A stretch of DNA of 63,962 nt, counting the filler, from an uncultured bacterium (lineage in GTDB: Bacteria; CAZSTA01): assembly GCA_964609495.1 (NCBI GenBank). It is 6 parts of 6 records of this genome, joined end to end, with 100 filler letters (N's around TTAATTAATTAA, not from the genome) between each part and the next. Parts side by side here need not be neighbours in the genome. Positions count along the whole stretch, not along the records: positions 1 to 11,254 come from CAZSTA010000116.1; 5 more parts are not named here. The stretch is one strand, 5' to 3'. Below, piece by piece: positions 1 through 8,820 of this stretch. The notes under the pieces were generated by a model. The model had not been told where the DNA came from. It made no database searches and was given only the letters and a program-made list of their open reading frames with translations. How positions within the stretch are numbered: the stretch's first letter is position 1; every line of letters begins with the position of its first letter. A program made the translations under genes and the position numbers.

Positions 1-54
1 GAGGGTGTAATACAAAGTAAATTAGATCTTAGATCCCAGATTTTATATGCATCC
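1..54. repeat. End of a multicopy element (probable IS terminus); exact reverse complement of 33663-33716
   Basis: GAGGGTGTAATACAAAGTAAATTAGATCTTAGATCCCAGATTTTATATGCATCC matches the end of contig 3 in reverse complement; both contigs break in it. Confidence 0.85.
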
Positions 55-70
55 TGGCTTGGAGTGTCAT

Positions 71-99
71 TTTACAATATCATAAAATTATGGTATAAT
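71..99 (+). promoter_or_regulatory. sigma70-type promoter P1 of the rpmH operon
   Basis: TTTACA-17-TATAAT with extended -10 TG. Confidence 0.6.
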
Positions 100-138
100 T
101 TAGAGGACGATGTCTCTATAAGATGGAGAAATAAAAGC

Positions 139-168
139 TTGACAAGTGATACTATTTAGGGATATAAT
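139..168 (+). promoter_or_regulatory. sigma70-type promoter P2 of the rpmH operon
   Basis: TTGACA-18-TATAAT. Confidence 0.7.
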
Positions 169-175
169 AGAGTAG

Positions 176-214
176 GTCAACAACCCCTACCACAAGGGTA
201 TGGGGTCTGCCGAC
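176..214 (+). mobile_element. Solo IS200/IS605-end-like hairpin in the rpmH leader
   Basis: GTCAACAACCCCTACC-ACAAG-GGTATGGGGT resembles the GTCAACNACCCC...GGGG hairpin of IS605/IscB left ends. Confidence 0.45.
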
Positions 215-246
215 TAATTTCTTATAAAAGGGGGTATCCACGAGAG

Positions 247-381
247 TTGAAAAGAACTTATCAACCTAAGAGAAAGAAGAGGAGCAAAACTCACGGGTTT
301 AGAGCGAGGATGAGCACTAAGGCTGGGCAGAGGATATTGAAGAGAAGGAGAGAAAAAGGTAGAAAAAAGCTTACTGTTTAA
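247..381 (+). CDS. rpmH: 50S ribosomal protein L34 (not in the ORF track)
   Basis: TTG start; [44 protein letters not shown]; directly upstream of rnpA. Confidence 0.98.
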   Translation: MKRTYQPKRKKRSKTHGFRARMSTKAGQRILKRRREKGRKKLTV

Positions 382-499
382 AATAGGAGATTTCAAGATG
401 AGCGGGATAAGGGAGGATAGATCGTTTGATTAGGGGGAAATTGCTCCCCTCGTTCGCGAGAGATCTTTTAATCCTTAAATCCTGCCTCTTCTATATATT

Positions 500-838
500 A
501 TGGTTAAGGATGAACGACTTAGAAAAAGTTACGAGTTTAAGAGGGTATATGATCGGAGGAAATCTTATGTGAATCAACTTTTAGTCCTTAATTTTCTTCC
601 CAATGATTTGGGGAGAAGGAGAGTAGGTTTCGCGGTAGGTAGGAAATTAGGTAAAGCTGTTCTCAGAAATAGAATTAGGCGATTGATGAGAGAGAGCTAT
701 AGACGGGAGAGGGAGAGGGTAAATGAGGGGATGGATATAATTTTTACCGCTCGAGCTAAAGCGATAGGAGCGAGCTATTTCGATATTCACAAAGCTATGG
801 AAGAGCTGTTGAGCAGAGCTAAGCTATTTAAGGAGTAG
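500..838 (+). CDS. rnpA: Ribonuclease P protein component
   Basis: RLRKSYEF N-terminus, RVGFAVGRKLGKAVLRNRIRR (RNR motif); synteny. Confidence 0.97.
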   Translation: MVKDERLRKSYEFKRVYDRRKSYVNQLLVLNFLPNDLGRRRVGFAVGRKLGKAVLRNRIRRLMRESYRRERERVNEGMDIIFTARAKAIGASYFDIHKAMEELLSRAKLFKE

Positions 839-924
839 GAGAATTTGCTTAATTCTGTTATAAGGAGGAAATTTCCCCTTAGTTTATCGACGTTGTTTGG
901 GGGATCTTAATTCGGGCAATTGAG

Positions 925-1206
925 ATGGAAAGGGATTATTCTATAAGACGCCTCTTTTTTCTGATTAATTACTTCATAAAAGCTATAGTTTTAGGTCTAA
1001 TAATCTTCTATAAGAGATTTATCTCTCCTATATTGCCGAATGTCTGTAAATATCAACCCACTTGTTCCCAATACGCTTTAGAATCTATTGAGAGGTTTGG
1101 AATCTTAAAAGGATGCTGGATGGCAGTTTGGCGAATTCTCCGCTGTAATCCCTTTAGCAAAGGAGGATACGACCCAGTTCCTGAGATTGAGGGGAAGGTA
1201 AAGTGA
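925..1206 (+). CDS. yidD: Membrane protein insertion efficiency factor YidD
   Basis: [11 protein letters not shown]...[17 protein letters not shown] motif; between rnpA and yidC. Confidence 0.96.
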   Translation: MERDYSIRRLFFLINYFIKAIVLGLIIFYKRFISPILPNVCKYQPTCSQYALESIERFGILKGCWMAVWRILRCNPFSKGGYDPVPEIEGKVK

Positions 1207-1275
1207 TGTAAATATTGGACTCGGGTGAATATAGAGAGAATTTGACGAATGCTATATAAGAGGAGGAAGTGGTAA

Positions 1276-2937
1276 GTGTTAAAAACAGCCGTGATTATGC
1301 TCAGCGTTCTCCTGATTTTGTCCCTGTGGGGAGGAGAAGCAAGCGTAGCCCAGGAGGATTGGGTGTCATACGAGGAAATGGACGCGGATTCGGATGGAAT
1401 CCAGGATATAGTAGTTAGCACCAGTCAACTTAAGCTCGTCTTTACTACTGAAGGAGCAAGAATCAAACAATTGTATCTGAATAAATTACGCTCCGATTTG
1501 ATATCTAAACCTCCTTTAGAGAAGGGTGAAACGGTGGACTCGACTAAGCCCCAAGATAAATACTGGAATAGCTATCCTCTTGGAATTTGGTTGGGAGATG
1601 GGAAATGGCCAGGGGAGTTGTATAAAGCCATTTTCGATTATAAGATCGAGCGTCCCGCACCTAAGCAATTTAGGATAGTATTCTCCTATCTCATCGGTGA
1701 AAAGCAAGAAGCTCGGGAGGATATAGAGGTTAAAAGGATAGGGGAAGAGCATGAGGCTTTCGAAAACCCTATTCAAACGGATGATGAAGCCTATGAAGGC
1801 TTAAAGGTGAGCAAATCCTTTACCATTAACAAGGGGAGCTATATAATGGATCTAGAAGTGAAAATCACTAATACTACAGCTGAGGAGATAGTTTTGAGCG
1901 GTGGAGGAGATACTCCCTTTGGATATCGTCTTGAGTGGGGACCGGGAGTAGGATCGAAGCCCCAATCAATTCAACCTGAGGTTATGATAGGAGACAGTAG
2001 AATAACTAAGGATGATCTTAATATCCCAGGATATAATTCGGGAGATGTTCGCTGGAGCTCCCTTTCGGGCTCCGGTAAAATAGCCGCCTTTATCCCTCAG
2101 AACTTCCAGGTTCTATCTTTCGTGGAGAGGGATATCGCCAACTGGGGATGGAGAATGGGATTGGCTACTCTCCCCTTTACCTTACCTGCGAGAGGATCTG
2201 TAACTCATCATTATCGGATTTACGGCGGTCCTAAGGAACTTGTCAGATTGGTGAGTGAGGGATTAGAAAGCTTGAATCTTATGCAGCCTAATTTCTGGGG
2301 AACACTGACAATTTATCTGCTCAGAGCCTTGGAGTTCATATATAGTATCACCAAAAACTATGGGTGGTCTATAATAATCTTAACTTTGCTCTTTAGGCTA
2401 TTGATGTGGCCTCTAATGAAACAACAATCTACATCTATGGCTGCTCAGAAGGAGCTTCAGCCGAAGATAGAGGAATTGAAAAAGAAATATGGGAAGAATC
2501 AGCAGAAGTTGAATAAAGAGATGATGGCGCTATACAAGAAGCAAGGGATCAACCCTATGGGAGGATGCCTGCCCCTCCTTATTCAGATGCCGATCTTCTT
2601 TATGATGTTCAGGTTATTCTCCTCCTATAAATTCGATGATGGAGGGTTTTTGTGGATTAAGGATCTTTCAGCCCCCGATCCTTACTACATCTTAGTGGTT
2701 CTGGTGGGAGTCAGTATGATCTGGCAACAACTATCTATGAGCGGTGCTGACTCCGCTCAGTCCAAGCAGATGTTGTTTATGCCCCTTATCTTTATCTTCA
2801 TCATGATATCTATGCCTGCTGGTGTCGTTCTCTACTGGTTTATCTCCACTTTGGTATCAATATTACAGCAATATCTGACACAACCTCGGATGGCAGTGGC
2901 GATGAAAGGAGATGAAAAGAGTGGAAAAAAGCATTGA
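1276..2937 (+). CDS. yidC: Membrane protein insertase YidC with large periplasmic domain
   Basis: NYGWSIIILT, NPMGGCLPLLIQMPIF, FLWIKDLSAPDPYY, PAGVVLYW; ~330-aa N-terminal periplasmic region. Confidence 0.96.
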   Translation: MLKTAVIMLSVLLILSLWGGEASVAQEDWVSYEEMDADSDGIQDIVVSTSQLKLVFTTEGARIKQLYLNKLRSDLISKPPLEKGETVDSTKPQDKYWNSYPLGIWLGDGKWPGELYKAIFDYKIERPAPKQFRIVFSYLIGEKQEAREDIEVKRIGEEHEAFENPIQTDDEAYEGLKVSKSFTINKGSYIMDLEVKITNTTAEEIVLSGGGDTPFGYRLEWGPGVGSKPQSIQPEVMIGDSRITKDDLNIPGYNSGDVRWSSLSGSGKIAAFIPQNFQVLSFVERDIANWGWRMGLATLPFTLPARGSVTHHYRIYGGPKELVRLVSEGLESLNLMQPNFWGTLTIYLLRALEFIYSITKNYGWSIIILTLLFRLLMWPLMKQQSTSMAAQKELQPKIEELKKKYGKNQQKLNKEMMALYKKQGINPMGGCLPLLIQMPIFFMMFRLFSSYKFDDGGFLWIKDLSAPDPYYILVVLVGVSMIWQQLSMSGADSAQSKQMLFMPLIFIFIMISMPAGVVLYWFISTLVSILQQYLTQPRMAVAMKGDEKSGKKH

Positions 2938-3553
2938 GGAAACTGGAAAGGCTCCTGAGGATGCTATAGAAGCAGCCTTGCAGAAGTTAGGAGTCTCTAA
3001 GGATGAAGTGAATGTAGAGGTTTTAGAAAATGGTAGCCGAGGTTTATTCGGCATATTAGGGGCTAAGAAAGCTAGAGTGAGGGTAGAAGTGAAGGAAAGC
3101 AAGGGTAAAAAAGCTAGAGATTTCGCGGAGAAATTACTACAGCTTATGCGAGCTGAGGCAAAGGTAGAGGTTATAGAGGAAGAGGACTATATCTCGGTGG
3201 AGATCTTAGGCAATAATCTGGGCTTTCTTATAGGTTATCAAGGGAAGACTATAGATGCTCTCCAATATTTAACCTATTTAGCAGCTAACCAGAACAGCGA
3301 TTATAGGTTGAAGGTTACTTTGGATGTAGGAGGATATAAGAAGCGTCATGAACAATCTTTACAGGAGTTAGCCTTGAGGCTTGCTGATAAAGTCAAGGAA
3401 ACAGGAAGAGAGAGCGTTATGCGATCGATGAATTCAGCAGAGAGAAGGATAATCCATATAACTCTTCAAGATGACCCTAAGGTTATAACTCGCAGTTATG
3501 GAGAAGAGCCCAGAAGACATGTAGTGATTTCACCAGTTGAAATTAAGGGGTAG
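2912..3553 (+). CDS. jag: RNA-binding protein Jag/KhpB/EloR (Jag_N, KH, R3H)
   Basis: LIGYQGKTIDALQ KH motif, ERRIIH R3H motif, SYGEEPRR; follows yidC. Confidence 0.95.
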   Translation: MKRVEKSIEETGKAPEDAIEAALQKLGVSKDEVNVEVLENGSRGLFGILGAKKARVRVEVKESKGKKARDFAEKLLQLMRAEAKVEVIEEEDYISVEILGNNLGFLIGYQGKTIDALQYLTYLAANQNSDYRLKVTLDVGGYKKRHEQSLQELALRLADKVKETGRESVMRSMNSAERRIIHITLQDDPKVITRSYGEEPRRHVVISPVEIKG

Positions 3554-3603
3554 TTTTAAGGAGGTGGGGAATAGAGCTAGTTTTTCTATTCTCCCTCTAT
3601 AAT

Positions 3604-4995
3604 ATGACTATGGATCTTAGTGATACTATAGCTGCTATTTCTACTCCCTTAGGGGAAAGCGGAATTGGGATCGTTCGTTTAAGTGGTTCAGATTCTCTAT
3701 CCATAGCAGGTAGGTTATTCTTCTCATCCACCGGTAAGAGTATAGATGGGATCGATACTCATACCATCAACTATGGCTATATCAAAGACCCCGAATCTGG
3801 CGAGGTGGTAGATGAGGTTCTATTAACTGTAATGCGTGCTCCACGAACCTATACCAGAGAAGATATTGTGGAGATAAATTGTCATGGAGGATTTTTTCCT
3901 TTAAGGCAAGTCTTAGAGTTAGTGTTGGAGGGGGGAGCGCGCTTAGCCGAGCCAGGGGAGTTTACTCAGAGAGCTTTTCTGAATGGTCGCATAGATCTAG
4001 CGCAAGCAGAAGCGGTGATAGATCTAATCAAGGCTAAAGCCGAAGTTAGTATGAAAGTAGCGATGGAGCAGCTAAAGGGGAAATTATCCGCTGAGATCTC
4101 CGAGCTAAGACGTGAACTTCTTTCCCTGTTAGCTCACTTAGAAGCTTTGTTAGATTTCCCTGAAGATGAGATAGAGGAGTTGGATGAGGAGGAGCTTATA
4201 GGCAAAGGCGAAGATATCTCGAATCGTCTAGGGGAGTTGATCGCCTCTTTTGAGGAGGGGCGTATAGTCAGGGAAGGACTCAAGGTAGCTATAGTAGGAA
4301 AACCTAATGTGGGGAAATCGAGCCTTCTTAATGCTCTATTGGAGGAGGAGAGAGCGATAGTTACTCCTTTTCCAGGAACGACTCGCGATACTATAGAGGA
4401 GTACTTAAATATCCGAGGACTCCCCCTTAAAATTCTAGATACAGCCGGATTGAGAAGCACCGAGGAGCTTGTAGAGAGTTTAGGAGTTGAGAGGGCTTTA
4501 TCCTCCCTGGAGAAAGCTGATCTAGTGTTATTAGTGCTTGATGGTTCTGAGGATTGGGGAGAGGAAGATGAGAGGATATTAAAGATGATAGGGGATAAAA
4601 GGGCTATCATAGTGCTTAATAAGATCGATCTCCCTCTCCGTTTAAACGAGGGTGAACTCAAAAGATATGTAGATGGTCGTCCTTTGGTCAGAATATCGGC
4701 TAAGTATCTTCAAGGATTAGCTGATCTTGGGGATTCGATCCTTGAGACGGTGATGGAGGGAAGGGTTGTAGCGAAGGATACTATCCTTATCAGCAATGTT
4801 CGGCACAAATCGGCTTTGGAGAGGGCAGAGAAATCTCTTAAAGATTCGCTTTCTGCTTTTAGAAGAGGATTTTCTCCCGATTTAGTAGCTATAGATCTTA
4901 GAGAGGCCGTTGAAGCTTTGGGAGAGATGACTGGAGAGAACACGACTGAGGAAATGCTTGATATGATCTTCAGCCAGTTCTGTATAGGAAAGTGA
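3604..4995 (+). CDS. mnmE: tRNA modification GTPase MnmE (TrmE)
   Basis: DTIAAISTP, GKPNVGKSS, GTTRD, DTAG, NKID, C-terminal FCIGK. Confidence 0.98.
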   Translation: MTMDLSDTIAAISTPLGESGIGIVRLSGSDSLSIAGRLFFSSTGKSIDGIDTHTINYGYIKDPESGEVVDEVLLTVMRAPRTYTREDIVEINCHGGFFPLRQVLELVLEGGARLAEPGEFTQRAFLNGRIDLAQAEAVIDLIKAKAEVSMKVAMEQLKGKLSAEISELRRELLSLLAHLEALLDFPEDEIEELDEEELIGKGEDISNRLGELIASFEEGRIVREGLKVAIVGKPNVGKSSLLNALLEEERAIVTPFPGTTRDTIEEYLNIRGLPLKILDTAGLRSTEELVESLGVERALSSLEKADLVLLVLDGSEDWGEEDERILKMIGDKRAIIVLNKIDLPLRLNEGELKRYVDGRPLVRISAKYLQGLADLGDSILETVMEGRVVAKDTILISNVRHKSALERAEKSLKDSLSAFRRGFSPDLVAIDLREAVEALGEMTGENTTEEMLDMIFSQFCIGK

Positions 4996-5022
4996 GCTTC
5001 AGGAGCGCTATAATCTATCTAA

Positions 5023-6069
5023 ATGGTGGATAGGGTTTATGAGAAGAGCTATGAGGTTATAGTAGTTGGAGCGGGTCATGCTGGTTCCGAGGCGGCCTTA
5101 GCCGCGGTGCGTTTTGGGTGTAGCACTCTGCTCTTTACTATCAATATGGATACTATTTCCCACTTGCCTGGGAGTCCTGCTTTCGTTGATTATCCCCTCT
5201 TAGATAGGATTGAGGAGCTAGGGGGGGAAATGCCCCATAATGTCAGGAGAAATTGTATCCATTTGGATAGGGAGTTGGGATATTTTAAATCTATAGTTGA
5301 CAAAAGAAAGTATAACCTAAATATGAAATATTTGCTGGAGAAGAGGGAGGGTTTAGATATAAAGCAGGATATCGTAACCTCTCTCTTAGCAGAAGATGGT
5401 AAAATTCGGGGAATTAAGACTATAATTGGTATAGAATATAGGGCGAAGGCGGTAATACTAGCAACAGGGACATTTCTACGAGGAGTTCTACATCTGGGAG
5501 AATCTCTTCAATCAGGAGGGAGAGATAGCGAGTTCTCCGCCGACGAGTTATCTCGTGATCTCCGAGAGTTAAGACTAAGATTAAGACGAGGGAGAAGGTC
5601 CTCCCCGTCGGTTGTAGATATCTCTTCTATAGATAGATCGGTTTTAAAAGAGATCCCCAGCTTGCCTTTGGGGAAGGGAGGTTTTCTCCCCTGTTGGTTA
5701 CTCGAGGGGGAGAGAGAGATAATTTTAGAGCCTGAGAGTTATCCTGCGAAAGAATTTTACCTCGGAAAGCTAAGCGATGAATTACATCTTGACGGTGAGG
5801 AGGGCCTACGGAGGTTACCAGGATTTACTGAAGTAAAGTTTGTTAAAAGTGGCTATGAGGTTGAATATGATCAGCTAGAGGCTGGACAGTTGAAAAACAC
5901 CTTGGAATTTAAGAGTATAGGTGGTTTATTCGCGGCTGGAGAGTTCATTGGTAGAACTACCTACGAGAGTGCCGCCCTTCAAGGTTTAATAGCTGGTGCT
6001 AATGCAGCCTGGGGAGCTAAGGGAGGAAAGCCCATATACTCCGAAGAACTGCTCCCTAAAGGATTTTGA
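5023..6069 (+). CDS. Short divergent MnmG/GidA-like FAD-binding protein
   Basis: [49 protein letters not shown]; 348 aa; lacks the CNP and RYCPS cysteines and the C-terminal domain. Confidence 0.85.
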   Translation: MVDRVYEKSYEVIVVGAGHAGSEAALAAVRFGCSTLLFTINMDTISHLPGSPAFVDYPLLDRIEELGGEMPHNVRRNCIHLDRELGYFKSIVDKRKYNLNMKYLLEKREGLDIKQDIVTSLLAEDGKIRGIKTIIGIEYRAKAVILATGTFLRGVLHLGESLQSGGRDSEFSADELSRDLRELRLRLRRGRRSSPSVVDISSIDRSVLKEIPSLPLGKGGFLPCWLLEGEREIILEPESYPAKEFYLGKLSDELHLDGEEGLRRLPGFTEVKFVKSGYEVEYDQLEAGQLKNTLEFKSIGGLFAAGEFIGRTTYESAALQGLIAGANAAWGAKGGKPIYSEELLPKGF

Positions 6070-6118
6070 ATTCGATTATCGAGGAGGGATGATTGCTCCT
6101 TCTATAGAGGTTAGTGAG

Positions 6119-6781
6119 ATGATTAGGCGGATTATTATTACAATTCTGTTTTTATCCTCGCTTTTAGCAGGGGGATGTATCTGGTTGGGGAGGGAGGTTG
6201 TAGAGCCGCCTTCCTTCAATGTCAGCAGATTAGGACGAGTAGCTGTTTTGCCCTTTAAGAACAATACTGTGGTATATAATGCGGGGAATTTAGTAGCGGG
6301 TCGGATAAGGAGATTGCTCATTGAGAACGCGGACCAGTTCGAAGTAGCCAATATAAACTATACTGCTTTAGCGCTTGATGAGGGCTCTTTAGCTATGGTA
6401 GATGAACTTGATTCCCATTGGGCCCAAGAGATGGGAGAAAAGTTGAATGTCGATTCTCTCATCGCAGGAACGGTTGCTTCCTGTTCTGTGAGCGAGATTA
6501 AGATCGAGGAGTGGTATAATTCCAATAGGGAGAGGGAGAAAATTCTCCACGCTGAGAAGAGGGCTTGGATATCGGTTAGATTACGGGCTATAGACGCAGA
6601 AACTGGAGGTATTATCTGGGGAGGGAAGGAACGTTTCAGCCTTTACGCCTCAGATATATACTCTGAAGATGAGGGATATGATCTTCCCTCCGATCAAAGT
6701 ATGATTAGATCTTTAATTCGAGAAGTGGCCAAGAGATGCGCCCAAAATTTTTATCGTTATAGAAAGATAGTCCTGTTTTGA
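6119..6781 (+). CDS. Lipoprotein with CsgG/TolB-N-like fold
   Basis: Lipobox LAGGC; RVAVLPFKN, GEKLNVDSLIAGTV, RAIDAETGGIIW; start at 6119 chosen from GAGG SD spacing. Confidence 0.7.
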   Translation: MIRRIIITILFLSSLLAGGCIWLGREVVEPPSFNVSRLGRVAVLPFKNNTVVYNAGNLVAGRIRRLLIENADQFEVANINYTALALDEGSLAMVDELDSHWAQEMGEKLNVDSLIAGTVASCSVSEIKIEEWYNSNREREKILHAEKRAWISVRLRAIDAETGGIIWGGKERFSLYASDIYSEDEGYDLPSDQSMIRSLIREVAKRCAQNFYRYRKIVLF

Positions 6782-6828
6782 TTATAAATAGGGGGTAGAA
6801 GAGGGATTTTCCCTCTGAGGATTAACCA

Positions 6829-8679
6829 GTGGCTGAGCAAATAATAGGACATTATAGGATATTGGATATCATCGGTAAAGGTGGTATGGGAATCGTATAT
6901 AGGGCTGAGGATATAAATCTGGGAAGGATCGTAGCTTTGAAGATCCTTGGGGATGAAGCTGCCGATAATATCAGACGCTTCTATCGAGAAGCTCAAGCTG
7001 CTGCCAGCTCCGATCATCCTAATATAGTCACTATATATGAGGTAGGCAAGCAGGATAATATCCATTTTATAGCTATGGAGTATATTGATGGAGTTAGCTT
7101 GAGAGTTATAGTGGACAATGGTGCTCCTCTGCCAGTGAATCAAGTTATAGATATAGTTATCCAGTTATGCGACGCTTTAAGTAATGCTCATCAAAGAGGT
7201 GTCGTTCATCGAGATATTAAATCCACTAATATTATGATAACTGATAATGGGCGGGTAAAGATTACGGACTTCGGTCTAGCTAGGCTAGCTGGAGCTTCTA
7301 ACTTGACCGAAACTGGCTCCATTATGGGTTCGATCCCCTATATGTCCCCTGAGCAGGCGGTGGGAGATGTCGTTGATAAACGAAGCGATATTTATTCGAC
7401 AGGGGTAGTCCTCTATGAGCTTTTAGTGGGGAGAACCCCCTTTGCTAAAAATAATATTGTGTCTGTTCTTTACGCTCATCTAAACGAGGAACCTCGGCGG
7501 TTGAGAGATATAAGACCGGATATCCCAGTGGAATTAGAGCGGATAGTTATGAAGATGATCAAGAAGAAGTTAGAGGAACGTTATCAAGATATGCCCGATG
7601 TTTTGCAAGATCTTAGGGACTTTAAAGCTCACCTAAAGGGAGAAGCTGTTCTTAAATTTGATAAAAGTTCTTTTATCAGTAAATCTAGCGGAGATAGAAA
7701 GGATAGAACTCATCCCTCGATAGGAAGATATCTTAAGGGCAATCTTAGAGATAAAGAGGGCGATTCTAGAAGAGGCGAAGTTATCTCAGAAGATATATCA
7801 TCTGTTGAATTTGATGCTAGAGAACTACTGAAGAAGGTAGAGATAGATTCTAGCAAATATGAATCTGAATCTTCTGAAGAGCTAAATGATGAGATAACAG
7901 ATTTAGAAGGGTATAAATTTGAGGATTTATTAGAGTTATTAAAAGATGAGGATAGTCTGACAAGATTATTAGCTGTTGATGCTCTAGGGAAGAGTGGGAA
8001 TGAGAGGGCGGTTGAACCTCTGATAGATTTGATGTTAAGGGATAAGGATCATTTTGTCCGAAACGTCGCCTCCGAGGCCTTAGGGAGTTTGAAGAGTGAA
8101 AGAGCTGTTGATATCCTCCTCGATAAATTGGGTAGTGATGATCCCACTGTGCGTAGGAATATAATCTTAACTTTGGGAAGATTAGGTGGTAAGCAGGTAT
8201 CAAAGGCTTTAGAACAAGTAGCCCTTTCCGATGGGAATAGCGAAGTTCGAGGACATGCGGTTGATTCTTTGGGATTACTAAAAGATGAAGCAGGGAGTGA
8301 GATCTTAGTTAAAGTAGTTCTAACTGATGAGGATATCGCTGTATCTGAAAGAGCTATAAATGTCTTAAAAGATGTTAATTCTCCTGAGATGATAACTGCT
8401 TTGATCCAAGGCCTCTCTCATCGTAAGACATTTGTAAGATCCAGGGCAGCTAGGGCTTTGGGAAGAATTGGGGATAAAAGAGCAATCAAGCCCCTATTGA
8501 GACTTCTTTCGACTTCAGATGTAGTTCTTCGAAGGGCGGTCATAGAAGCTTTGGGAAGGATAGGGGATAAAGAAGCACTACCTTATCTACAGCGGCTATT
8601 AAAAGATCCAGATGTGTATAACATAGCTTCTAAGACTATTCAGAGGATCCGAGAAACTACATCTGGACTTTCTGATTAA
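6829..8679 (+). CDS. Soluble Hanks-type Ser/Thr kinase with C-terminal HEAT/PBS-lyase repeats
   Basis: GKGGMGIVY, VALK, HRDIKSTN, DFGLAR, YMSPEQ; repeated VR..A..ALG.LG units; no transmembrane segment. Confidence 0.92.
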   Translation: MAEQIIGHYRILDIIGKGGMGIVYRAEDINLGRIVALKILGDEAADNIRRFYREAQAAASSDHPNIVTIYEVGKQDNIHFIAMEYIDGVSLRVIVDNGAPLPVNQVIDIVIQLCDALSNAHQRGVVHRDIKSTNIMITDNGRVKITDFGLARLAGASNLTETGSIMGSIPYMSPEQAVGDVVDKRSDIYSTGVVLYELLVGRTPFAKNNIVSVLYAHLNEEPRRLRDIRPDIPVELERIVMKMIKKKLEERYQDMPDVLQDLRDFKAHLKGEAVLKFDKSSFISKSSGDRKDRTHPSIGRYLKGNLRDKEGDSRRGEVISEDISSVEFDARELLKKVEIDSSKYESESSEELNDEITDLEGYKFEDLLELLKDEDSLTRLLAVDALGKSGNERAVEPLIDLMLRDKDHFVRNVASEALGSLKSERAVDILLDKLGSDDPTVRRNIILTLGRLGGKQVSKALEQVALSDGNSEVRGHAVDSLGLLKDEAGSEILVKVVLTDEDIAVSERAINVLKDVNSPEMITALIQGLSHRKTFVRSRAARALGRIGDKRAIKPLLRLLSTSDVVLRRAVIEALGRIGDKEALPYLQRLLKDPDVYNIASKTIQRIRETTSGLSD

Positions 8680-8713
8680 CAGCCGTTAAATTCCGCCGAA
8701 TATCAAAGTTTCC

Positions 8714-8740
8714 AAGCGAGCTATAGTTATGCTCGCTTTT
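8714..8740 (+). terminator. Intrinsic terminator after the kinase gene
   Basis: AAGCGAGC-loop-GCTCGCTT followed by TT. Confidence 0.7.
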
Positions 8741-8820
8741 ATTATGATAGGATACCGAGGTCAGACCGTCATCCCTATTGAAGATAGTTAATGACATATC
8801 GAGCTGAGGAGGAGCGAATT

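Noticed and set aside
55-246. oriC next to rpmH
   Set aside because: No perfect DnaA box (TTATCCACA) seen and dnaA is not in the window
214-396. 60-aa minus-strand ORF
   Set aside because: Antisense shadow of rpmH (247-381)
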